Shown: in pieces, positions 52,101 to 63,215 of the stretch | Position numbering within the stretch: position 1 is the stretch's first letter | Layout of the letters: every line of letters begins with the position of its first letter | NCBI GenBank assembly: GCA_040954595.2 | Contig: CM082596.2 | Location: 9,258,461-9,322,460 of the forward strand | Direction of reading: 5' to 3' | DNA from: Balanoglossus misakiensis | Taxonomy: Eukaryota; Animalia; Hemichordata | Length of the DNA: 64,000 nt | Notes under the pieces: model-generated | The model's input: the letters and a program-made list of their open reading frames with translations, nothing else | Told to the model about the DNA's origin: nothing | Database searches by the model: none | Position numbers and translations under genes: made by a program

Positions 52101-54061
52101 ATGCGTGATTTCAATATGACCTTCTCTTTCTCTCGGAATACAGGATTGTGACGCAGAGTTTGCTTGTGTGAGTTTAATTTCACCTTTTCTTTCTCTCGGA
52201 ATACAGGATTTTGACGCAGAGTGTTAATGCGTGATTTCAATTTGACCTACTCTTTCTCTCGGAATACAGGATTTTGACGCAGAGTTTGCTTGTGTGAGTT
52301 TAATTTTACCTTTTCTTTCTCTCGGAATACAGGATTTTGACGCAGAGTGTCAATGCGTGATTTCAATTTGACCTTCTCTTTCTCTCGGAATACAGGATTT
52401 TGACGCAAAATTTGCTTGTGTGAGTTTAATTTCACCTTTTCTGTCTCTCGGAATACAGGATTTTGACGCAGAGTGTTAATGCGTGATTTCAATTTGACCT
52501 TCTCTTTCTCTCGGAATACAGTATTTTTACGCAGAGTTTGTTTGTGTGAGTTTAATTTCACCTTCTCTTTCTCTCGGAATGAAGGATTTTGACGCAGGAT
52601 TTGTATGTGTGATTGCAATTTTTCCTTCTCTCTCTTTCTAAATTGTGGGTTTGCACGTATTGTTCTTTTTTGATATTGTTGCGATAACCTTTCTCTGTCT
52701 CTGTATTCTACATTCTGGCGCAATGTCTTTATATGTGCTTTCACTTTTGACTTTTCTCTCTCTTTGAAGTCAGGATTTTGTCTTTGTGCACATTTCCTCT
52801 CCTTGTCTCTCTTTCTTTCATTGGCTTTAAATGAAGAATCCTGTCTTTTCAACCGTTTGTATTCTCTGTCATATACCTTTCTTGATTTTCTTTTACATGA
52901 ACCTGATGGAAGAGCATCAATGGTATTAGAAGTTTGCATACACTGTTTATTAGCTTGTAATTGTTTTTGTGACTCGAAGTAGTTGTCTAACAGGTCTGAA
53001 TGCCTTTGAGTCCGTTGATACAGTCTCTGAGAAGATGAACTCTCTATATGAATGGTTAATTCTTGAAGTTCATAAGGTGTCATGTTATTGAAGTTAAGGT
53101 TACGAAATAATGAATACAAATAGTTTGTTAAATCATTTAGAGTCGGACAACTCAATAACATACTTGAGCCGTCAGAACATTGGAAACCATGTGAGTTTCG
53201 ACTATGAGAATCAAATACGAAGTATTTGCCATCTGTTGCAGAAAGGGCCATGCTGTAGCCACCAAGTGTTAACATAACTGAGTTACTAGAATTGAACATG
53301 TTAATCATAGCATCTCTGAACACCATACATCCTTGGTCATCATAGTCAGACATACAGTCTAACATTCCAAAGTACAGTCTTCCTTGTGTAATATTGTACT
53401 GCACAGAATTCATGTGAACAGTATTGGGCAATTCATCACACATTAGTATTTCAGAAAATAATTTATTACTTGCTCTGAGGTCATTTGTGGTTTTAATGTA
53501 TAAATTATCACCAGCATGTAAAATGTGATCTAAGTCATTAGATGTCAATGTCATCTCTCTTTCTTTTGATATGCAAAGGAAAGCAAGGGCATTACAAGTA
53601 CATTGTCTACCTCGTGAATTTATGCTAAAAATATCATTGCCTTGATGAAAACTACCTTGGAGTACACTGTCTATTGTGTAACTTTCCCAGTGTAAAGTGT
53701 GACTATTGTGGGAGGAGTATAATTCTTGTTTGTCATGCGCATCATTTGCACTGTAGTATACACAAGAAGAATTTTGATTTGACACACTGGTCGAAGAATT
53801 CTTATTGAAGGTTGTAACTGATTGAGTGGTATTAAAACTTTCGATAATGGTACTTGAAGATGTAGACATATTATTGCTGTATGGTTCTATGCTTGACGAT
53901 ATTGATGTATTGTTATTGGCATTGCCGTACGAATCTGACTTCTTGAATGTTCCTTGTAGCACAGGGTGTTTTACTTTACTGGATCCACCCAAACCAGAAT
54001 CAGACCCAGCTGATATGATTGGTCCATCAGCCTGTTTAAAAATAAACAAGATAAGCGACAA
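46181..54061 (-). pseudogene. Helentron Rep-helicase polyprotein: tegument-like deubiquitinase, 21-aa repeats, Cys-rich region, HUH Rep, PIF1 helicase, AP endonuclease; single nonsense codon
   Basis: ORFs 52247-54061 and 46181-52240 are in the same frame, separated by one TAG. Motifs: QGSFHQG/GRQC/FDSH; VEFQQRGSPHIH, YIVSYISK; GGAGTGKS, DEISM, GDLFQL, TIHKSQG, YVAISR; NARSL, MGDFN, SDH. Probable splice acceptor at 54031 with upstream exons (MPRKKNW at 55149). Confidence 0.95.
51570..52870 (-). repeat. Coding 63-bp (21-aa) tandem repeat, about 15 conserved plus several degenerate units
   Basis: KSRINTLRQNPVFREKEKVKL alternating with NSHKQTLRQNPVFREKEKVKL. Confidence 0.95.
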
Positions 54062-55765
54062 TTAGAAAATACAGTTACCTTTAATTTTCATCACATGTCC
54101 TTATTTGACCCCTGATGAGTACTATGACAATGAGAGCCAATGACAGGTCAATTTTGCGTCATATTCAAATTGGTTTTGTGTATATCATGTACATATAAGT
54201 ACTATCACTAGTATTTACATTGCAAATGTGTTCAATTAAGCTTTTGTATAAATTTGTTGTAATTTCAATACAATTTGCAAAATATAGCTACTTGCATTAT
54301 ATTTTTATATCAAATGTGGACAAAGACATTGCACAAATTAGTAACATGGCTATTGTCACACACCTTATCAATAACTACTAGCAGCACAGGGTTGGCCTGC
54401 CATAACATTGTCTTACACTTATGTTTCACAATCATTCGAAAGCTCATTGCAACATTGAAATTATATCACCTACAAACCTCACCTTTCTACAAAGTTCCAT
54501 ATCAAATAAAACTTTCCCACATAAATCTTTTCCAGTTGAACCTTTTGAAACCACACACTTTACCTGACAAATTGAGTCGGGAAAGTTGAACGTACCCTCT
54601 ATCTACTCTGAAACTACCAAGTTTAAAACAAACTTCAAAACTGGAAAAGGTTTGTGCATATGACTTTTCCCATATAATTACATTGAGAATACCTAGAAAA
54701 CTCACTTCTACTATTTCTATGAAATTTTACACATAGCTCAATCAAATAAAAATAAATGCATCCATCAAATATCGTTTGGTCACTGTATTTTTTTAGATAA
54801 ACTTTACAAGTGTTTCGCCCATAGATACACCCTCACTGAATATGCTGCCTCAGCAATTTTCCTCAATTATCAACAAAATTCATGGCCTTGTATTTCAAAA
54901 GCAAACGCAGTGACATGAGAAGCCAATAATCCAAAATTGAAGACATAACATTACTTTCGATTTTACTGATCATTACGGACTAGCTGCTAAAGCCTACCCT
55001 GCGACCAAACAGTGACCTTGACCAACTTTCACCTGCTCAAATGAAGACCTCCTTTTCCTGTTTACAAGTATGTACAATTTTATAGTATGCAAATACACAC
55101 ATACCGATTTTTTCACAGCTGATTTTCTCCAATTCTTTTTCCTTGGCATAATTCTGACCTTAGTAGCAAAAGACAAGAATGTGATAATATCAATAACAGC
55201 ATTTTAACATCATTGGTTAGACAACTTGAAACTGCCTAGATAATATGCAAGTAAAAGCCTGGCAAAAATGTAACATGTACAATTGCTTAATTTTAACATA
55301 CTCACACAACATATATTTCCATCATTTCTATAGGAGTAATTGAAACTACAACATCAATATGACCATCACATGTTCTAGGACTTCCAAAATAGAGAAACAC
55401 TATGAAAAACTTCAACTGAAAAATAGAATATGTAATATAATTACCTTCAATTTGATAAAAAGTGATTCTTCAGGAGCTGGTTAAGTCTCTAACTGTTCCA
55501 AAACAATGACAGGAAGTGGCTGCTCATTAGGCTGTTCCTGGCACTGCCACTACTCCCTCACATTGCTGGCAACAGCAGCTTGATACTTTGGGGTTCAAAG
55601 TCAGCAGATAACAGCCAAGAATTTGGAATCCGCAATTACAGCATAGGGTATACTGGCACCGCCTTACGTTGAGAGGTTTGTCAACAATAATATAGTGCAA
55701 TAGTGCAAACAATATGTTTAGATAGCAACAGATCTAAAGTTATTACAATAATGCCAACACATGTT

Positions 55766-56390
55766 TTGAGGTCACGCAAAATTTGGGCAAGAAATTTTGA
55801 CCCTATACTGGTCCATGTTCAACAAAAACCGAACCTATAGCCTTATTGGTTAGCCTGGAATTAGGTATGCACATAATTAATGAGATATGCAGGTGTCACA
55901 GGTGACCCCCAATTGCGGCTTTTCAATTTTAGTGCCAACCCTCCAAACGCCAAGTCTGTGCCTGCTCTGGATGTCAAGATATGGTAATGTAGGTCAAAGG
56001 TCACCTGAGGTCATGCAAAATTTGGGCAAGAAATTTTGACCCTATACTGGTCCATGTTCAACAAAAACCGAACCTATAGCCTTATTGGTTAGCCTGGAAT
56101 TAGGTATGCACATAATTAATGAGATATGCAGGTGTCACAGGTGACCCCCAATTTCGGCTTTTCAATTTTAGTCCCAACCCTCCAAACGCCAACTCTGTAC
56201 CTGCTCTGGATGCCGAGATATAGGAAAGTAGGTCAAAGGTCACCTGAGGTCACCCAAAATTTGGGCAAGAAATTTTGACCCTATACTGGTCCATGTCCCA
56301 CAAGAACAAAACCTCTAGCCCTATTAGTTAGCCCGGAATCAGGTATGCACATAATTAATGTGTTAAGCAGGTGTTACAGGTGAGCCCAAA
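55766..56390. repeat. 239-bp tandem repeat in the Helentron 5' arm
   Basis: Unit recurs at about 55791, 56030 and 56269. Confidence 0.9.
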
Positions 56391-57370
56391 AATTTCCCTT
56401 TTATTTTGGCCCCATTGTGCTCACTGACCAATAGACAATCACTGTACAGGACTATTGCACAGACCAGAATTCCACAATAAGACGTGGACATAGCTTAACC
56501 ATAGAGGTATAAGTAAAGGTATAAATTTAATAAAAAGACTAAACAAATCTTAAAAAATAAAACATCCATGATATCAACTTAACACTTACAGGTCGGTGTG
56601 AGGTTGACATATGGTACATGCATACCAATTTTCAAAGCAATCTGACCAGTAATTGTTGACTTACAGAGTTTTGATCAATTCCACATTTTACAAGCTAATT
56701 TGCATATTTTTGGGCCTGGCAACTTCGTTTGGACAAACTCCAATCTACAGCCCTGCCTGCACCTACACACCAAATATTGAGTTGATACGCGCAGCGGTTT
56801 TCAAGTTTTTGATGTGGACGGACATACAGACATACATCCATACATCCATACATCCATACATACATCCATACATACATACAGACGCAACCCATCCCATAAG
56901 GTCCCATGGTATATAGGCCTATACCAATGGGACCTAAAAAGGTAGATTTGAATCCAATCGCCGAGAATGTACTTCACAAAGATGTGGAAAATACTGCTTC
57001 CAGTCTTTGAGTGTGAAACAGTCGCCGAGATGCTGATGAGCAGTAGAGAAGAAACCTTCGACATCATCTGTTGTTGATGCCCTTGGGTGTTCTGGTGATG
57101 AACTGCTGTACCGTCGTCTTTCTTGGTCACATATGTTAGCAAATATGCCAACAAGAATCTCCCGTGTAAATCCACAAGCAGACCACTTCCTGAAAAAAGA
57201 GAACACAAGCAAGTAGAATAAGAAAAAGCACCAACTGCTGTGAAACACAACTGAATAATCATGTGATCATTATGGTCAATGAGGAGTGAATACTATAACG
57301 ACTGAAATTTTTTTCATGCTTACATGTTCACATCAATGGTAGATAAATCTAAGCATTTCCGGTGCCATGG

Positions 57371-60286
57371 TCAATCAATCAATCGATCAATCAGAGAAAT
57401 TTGTATAGCGTCAGTATCTATAACAAGTGTCATACTCAAAGGCGCTTGTGCTCATTGGCCCACACCATATGCTCCTGCGAAATAATGCGTCCTCAGTCTT
57501 TTCTTAAAGATACTCAAACTTGGAGCTTGACGAATGTCTTGTGGCAGAGAGTTCCACAGTTTCGGTGCAGCATGTGAGAATGCTCGGCCACCGTATGAAG
57601 AACGTTTGTACATTGTAGTGCATAAAAGGCTCTTATTAGCTGAACGAAGCCTGCGACCAGGAGAATATGTCCGAATGAGATCGCGGATATAGTTCGGAGC
57701 GAGATTATTTAAGGCTTTGTATGTGAGCAGATTAATGTTATACTCTATCCTGTGGCGAACTGGTAACCAATGAAGAAGTTGAAGAACTGGCGTTATATGG
57801 GCAGACTTCCTGGACCGAGTTATGATTCTTGCAGCTGTATTTTGTGTGCGTTGTAGAAGGTTCAGACTGCTTTCTGGTAGACCATACAGTAATGCATTAC
57901 CATAGTCGAGTTTCGCTGCCAAAATAGCATGAGTCACTGTTTGACATGTTGCTTTGTTAAGAAATTTCAGGATTTGTCCGACACGGCGAAAGTGGTAATA
58001 TATTGATTGACAAGTTTTCTTGATGTGATCTTTATACATGTGCGTATTGTCAAATATTACACCAATATTGCGAGCTGATTTAACGACGGGAACAGAGCTT
58101 GAACCAATGGTAATCTTGTCAATAGCATCAGCAGAATGATGAAATTGTGAACGAATAAGTAGAATCTCAGTTTTGGAGTCGTTGAGTTGAAGCTTGTTTT
58201 GGGTCATCCAGTCCTTAAGATCACGGATACAGGCCTCAATGGATGCTATAGCGGAAGATGAATCAGTGTGAGAGAAGGCAAGGTAAATCTGATTGTCATC
58301 TGCATATTGATGGAATTGTAGGTTGTGCTGACGAATAAGCTTTCCCAACGGAGAAATATAGATTGTGAACAAAATGGGGCCAAGAACTGAACCCTGTGGC
58401 ACTCCAAAACGAACATGTGATGGTTGACTGGTGATCTTGTCTATTATTATGGATTGGTCTCGATTTTTGAGGTAGGATGCAAACCACTCGAGTGCCATAT
58501 CAGTAATGCCAAGACTGGATAGCCTTCTTAACAGTAGATCGTGGTCGATGGTGTCGAAGGCAGCCGATAAATCCAAGAGAATAAGGAGTACACATTTTCC
58601 AGAATCGATGGCTAAGCAGATGTCATTGTGAACTTTTAGTAGAGCTGTTTCGGTGCTATGATATTTCCTGTATGCAGACTGCAATGGTTCCATTAGTGAA
58701 TTCGTGGTGAGATATGTATTGAGTTGAACGGCAACGATCTTCTCGAGGACCTTTGAGAGAAATGGCAGGTTAGAAACTGGTCGATAGTTTTTAAGTATGT
58801 TATTATCCAGGGTGGTCTTTTTGATTAGTGGTGTAACAACTGTATGCTTGAAGGATTGTGGAACGTCACCTGATTGTAGAGAAAGATTTATTGTATTGGT
58901 CACGAATGGTAGCAGCACATCCAGGCTCTCTTTAAGTAGTGAAGTTGGAATCGGGTCAAGGCAGCAGGATTTCGTTGGAGACTTTGTGATGATGTGAAGT
59001 ACTTGTTGACTATCAACTGGCTGAAAAGTATTCAGAGTAGCACCGCTGTGCGCTTCTAAGTCGTTGAATTTGGTGGATATTTTGCTATTGTCCAAGGTGA
59101 TACGAATGTCTTCAATTTTCTGAATAAAATACTGGCTGAACCGATCTAAAAGTTCTGTAGTTGACGTATGATTTGGAAGCTGTCTTGGGTTGCTGAATAA
59201 TGTTGAAATTGTCCGGAATAAAGATTTCTGATCTTTGGCATTTTCCTCTATAAGATTGGTGTAGAAGTTGCACTTGGTCTTACGTATCAGGCTGTTGACT
59301 TGACAACAATTTTCCTTGTAAATTTGGTAATGTATTTCTAGCCTTGTATTCCTCCATTTCCGTTCTGCAGATCTACGCTGTCTCTTTGCCTGATCTATCT
59401 CACTGGTATACCACTTTGCATTTGGACGATCAACGATGATGCGTGTCCTAAGAGGTGCGTGCTTATTAAGCAAATAAGACAGGTTGGTATTATATGTTGA
59501 AATGGCAGACTGCACGCTAGATGGCGGTTGACATAATTCAGGGATTGAGGCTATGTCATCTCTAAAATCACTTGTAGAGATTGCTGATATCTGGTGATAT
59601 GTCACTTCACGTCTGGTAATGGGTGTCTTTGGAAACACCAATTTCGCATGGACTGGACTATGATCGGAGATATTGTGGGCATCAACAAAAATGGAATCAA
59701 CAACTTTATCAGAATTTGTGATAACAAGGTCTAAGGTGTGTCCACGTAGATGGGTTGGTTCATGAACCCACTGAGTGAGACCACATGAATCAACAATGTC
59801 AGTGAACTTCGTGGCATCAGAGTTGCGTGGGTCATCAACAGAAAAGTTGAAATCAGCAACGATGAAAAGATGATCAAATGATACACATTTCTCCATGGTG
59901 GTACCAAACTCTGACAGAAACTGCGAAACAGTGAATTTGTTTTTAGACGTTGGGCGGTGGACGATATACGATAACAAGTCTGAGAGAAATGCCCATGTAT
60001 ACCAGGGTGGCAATTGTTGCTTCAAACGATTTAATATTCTTCATCGGTATCCAGGATGAGAGCTTTATAGATGACGTATAAATGAGTGCGATTCCACCAC
60101 CGGGTGATGTATTACGTGGTGTATGCTTGAATGAGTATCCTCTGGGAGCACACTCATTGATAATATGGTCGTCTGCTACTTCTTTCATCCATGTTTCTGT
60201 CAATGCTAGTAAATCAATGTCCTTTTCAATTATGTAATCAGTGGCTTTGTTACAAACAGATCTAACATTCCAAGTCGTGAGCATAG
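57371..60286 (-). mobile_element. 5'-truncated L2/CR1-group LINE
   Basis: EN-RT ORF2 and a (TTGA)n 3' tail at 57371-57391. It is inserted between host codons ILDELL and PWHRK, with no TSD. Confidence 0.92.
57452..60284 (-). pseudogene. LINE ORF2 (AP endonuclease + reverse transcriptase), frameshift near 59950
   Basis: WNVRS, LTETW, YRPP; DFN, LDL, SDH; YRPVSNL, DLSAAFD, GVPQGSVLGP, YADD, HITPVLQLLHWLPV. Confidence 0.93.
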
Positions 60287-60493
60287 TAACAGCTCATCCA
60301 GAATATACCTGTACATGTTCATATTAGCTTTTCGTCTCTCATCTTGTGTCATACCCCTGCCATCACTTGCCCTGTGCCACTGTGCAATAGTATAAACATG
60401 TTCATATTCTGGTTGGTACCTGTAGAAGGAAGATAAATAAAACATATGGACTGTAAAATTCAATTTAATGAAATTGTGAAAATTTCCTGATTA

Positions 60494-60595
60494 CAGTGAA
60501 ACCTGTCTATTAAGGACACCTCTCGGACTTGAAAATCTGTCCTTAATAGAGAGGTGTTCTTATTAGAGAGGTGTCCGTTATGACAGGTTTCACTG
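60494..60595. mobile_element. Tc1/mariner (pogo-like) MITE in a transposase intron
   Basis: TA-CAGTGAAACCTGTC...GACAGGTTTCACTG-TA. Confidence 0.9.
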
Positions 60596-63215
60596 TAACC
60601 CACCTCATCCACAGTCTGTGCTCTCATTTGTCAAATGATAGTCACATGGTATACGTTTTTTGTTGTTGTGCTGATCCATATAAAACAACTTCTTCAGGCA
60701 TCAGTTTGAAAAATGATGCCTGCTCACTTCAAAAACAATATATGTATATAATGTGTAAAAATTGACTGCAGGTCTACCAAACATAACATACCCGTGACTC
60801 AATAACCAGTTTGCAACTTGTAAGTTAAGGAGCTTCTCACAATCTCCAACACACTGCTTGTTTGAACCTGTCAATGCGTCATCAGTGATACCTGTTGATG
60901 GATCATCTGCAGCTTCTTTCAGACGCTTCATCTTAAAACCACGCTTCTTTGGCCCACCTTGCCTGGTTGAATCTGCAATTCTCTGTAAAATAAAAAATAG
61001 CAAAACAAAAATTAAATATTAAAATATGTTCATGTCTTATGGCTTTAATTTGACTGACCAATAAAAAAAATTAAAATACAAGTATATTTGTGATGATACT
61101 TTTTATGTATGTACTACTTCACATGAAATCCACTAAGCATTCTCAAAATAACTTTTTTTAACATTTTACTATAAGGAAAAAAACCATGGCAAAGAAATTT
61201 GAAACAAAGTACATGTACCTGCAGACTTTACACTCCTCTATACCCTACCTTCAAAATATGGTTGTGATCTTCCCTCTCTCCAAACTTTGCCTGTGTAATA
61301 GGATGTACCTCAGCTACATAGAAATTTTCCCTGAAGTTAATGCCATCCTCAGTATAATCACTAACTAACTTTGCAAATTTGTACTGAGCTACGACTGATC
61401 TCAACTTTTCTGCTAGATTCTCACTATGACCTAAATATAAAACAAATCATACACTACTATCATTTGATGTCAAGTACATTTAACCTTATTTTTATCTGTA
61501 TACGCAATCTAATTTCTCATGTTATGAAATTATATAAAACGAGATTAGTTATTAGACCCATTGAAAGTTGATTAAGGTCTAGACAACACAAGTTCAAACT
61601 TAATGACCTTAATTATCACATCTGTAATACACTGTGATGCTGTTTTACATATACCCTCAGAATGGAGCAAATGTTGATTTAAGAAACCAAATTGAAGTTG
61701 AATCATTGCAAACACGTAAAATTCTAATAAAAAAATGTCCTCTTCTCTCATCTAAAGTGCAATGGTTCCTACCCTTGGTATTATATGTGACATACCTGGT
61801 CTCCAGGTTTCTTGCAGATAGGTCTGTGTTTTCCACATCGGATGAAAATCAGGGTCATTATGATCCCTGTCTCTCCATACTTGAGGTACTTGGCTAACCC
61901 GTAAAAGAGAAGCTATCTGATGAATGTCCATCCCTTGTTCCTGACATAAAACAATACGTTGGATGGCTTTTTCAGGCAGATATGGGTTGTTTGCTTTGGG
62001 ACGGAGACTTCCATCAGGACAGACTATTGAAAGAGATGACAAGATGATCTTCAAATCCGCATTCTACATGATTTGTTAGTTTTCGAATGATTCTTATTCA
62101 GGAACATAACAAACAGTATATTATTATACAGTATACATGTATTATTATACTGCCAAGTAATGAAAACAAAAATGATATGGCAGTTATTGTGCTTGTTTCA
62201 AATGTATAGAGGACAAAAATTACTCAGGCAATGTTTAATGACTGTGTTAATGCCAACGTATGTGATTATACTCTGCAGTACAATTTATTTTGTTTATGGT
62301 AATAACACCAGAAGGTCAAAAATGTTATTATTTTACCTTCAACTGTTAGCATTTTAACCATTTCCTCAACAGGCTTTCTTTTAAACTCTGCTTTGGCCTC
62401 CTTTTGCAAGGCCCAAATTGAGATTGGGCGACTCCTTCCAGTTGTTCCTAATGAATTGAACTCTCCATCTGTCACTAAACCTACAGGGTCAGGAAAAATA
62501 TCATATAAGAAGAAGAAATTACTTATGGAGAATGGTTCCATTGTATGGAATAAACTGAAAGATTAGCTTGAGTTCGAGCAGTACATCCCAACACACAACC
62601 CCAACCCTGAATCAAAGTTTAGAGTGTGTAATGTCTGCTCCAGCAAAATTTTATGGAATCAATTGTATGCACGACTGAGTTATTTTTTCAGCATACCACC
62701 AACACAGTTCAATAAAAATATAGTTTTATCTAAATTAACTGAACTGTTGACTTACCAAGAACTTCAAGACCTTTGTCATGGAGAGCTTGTACAACCTTGT
62801 CACATTCATCTCTCAATCTGACATCTGTCAACGATTTGTATGCAAACCACTTCACTGGCAGAGCATATGGCTTGAACTGGCGGAATTCATCAGACACCAT
62901 CCAAACAAAGACATGGCTGGCAGGCACGCGACGTTTTCTCATGACTCCCTTTTGTAGCGTCACTAGAGTTTCTCTAATACTGGTTAAGCGTTGTGACAAG
63001 TCAGGAATCGTATGCAGGATGTTATCATCTATGTCACTGCAAACCATAGCTGCTCCAAGTATATCAATTTCACCATCACCAGTGATGTCTTTCAGGATGG
63101 ATTTAATATTCTGGAGAACTGCTTCACAACAATCCACTATGTGTGAAAATTCTACCATATCCCACTGGATAGTATGGAAAGCCATGACTGTCTTATGATG
63201 TGTGACAACTTTATG

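Larger units (their letters stand above)
40470..56935 (-). mobile_element. Full-length Helentron (endonuclease-encoding Helitron), about 16.5 kb
   Basis: 5' hairpin at 56899-56935; subterminal inverted repeat ggtcccatt (40488-40496) / aatgggacc (56926-56934); 3' hairpin AGTGTC-CTT-GACGCT; T5 tract on both flanks. Removal restores host codons LPFYYYTS. Confidence 0.93.
40229..63215 (-). pseudogene. Multi-exon divergent P-element/THAP9-like transposase, split by a LINE and a Helentron
   Basis: Segments about 63215-62756, 62480-62337, 62023-61796, 61430-61249, 60982-60792, 60419-60287+57370-57324, and 57189-56936+40464-40229; splice phases are consistent. Motifs: ASHVFVWMV, GLEVLGLVTDGE, EDHNHILKRI, KQCVGDCEKLL, STTDDVEGFFS. 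Confidence 0.75.

Noticed and set aside
51570-52870. CRISPR-like array
   Set aside because: In-frame coding repeats with no unique spacers, in a eukaryotic context.
52247-54061. Separate gene upstream of RepHel, or programmed readthrough
   Set aside because: Same frame, and the stop is a single substitution in one repeat unit.
32720-56935. One Helentron spanning to the 32720 hairpin
   Set aside because: Each element has its own matching subterminal repeats, and host coding sequence resumes at 40464.
57030-57058. Second hammerhead (CTGATGA...GAAAC)
   Set aside because: No stem II pairing; lies in transposase coding sequence.
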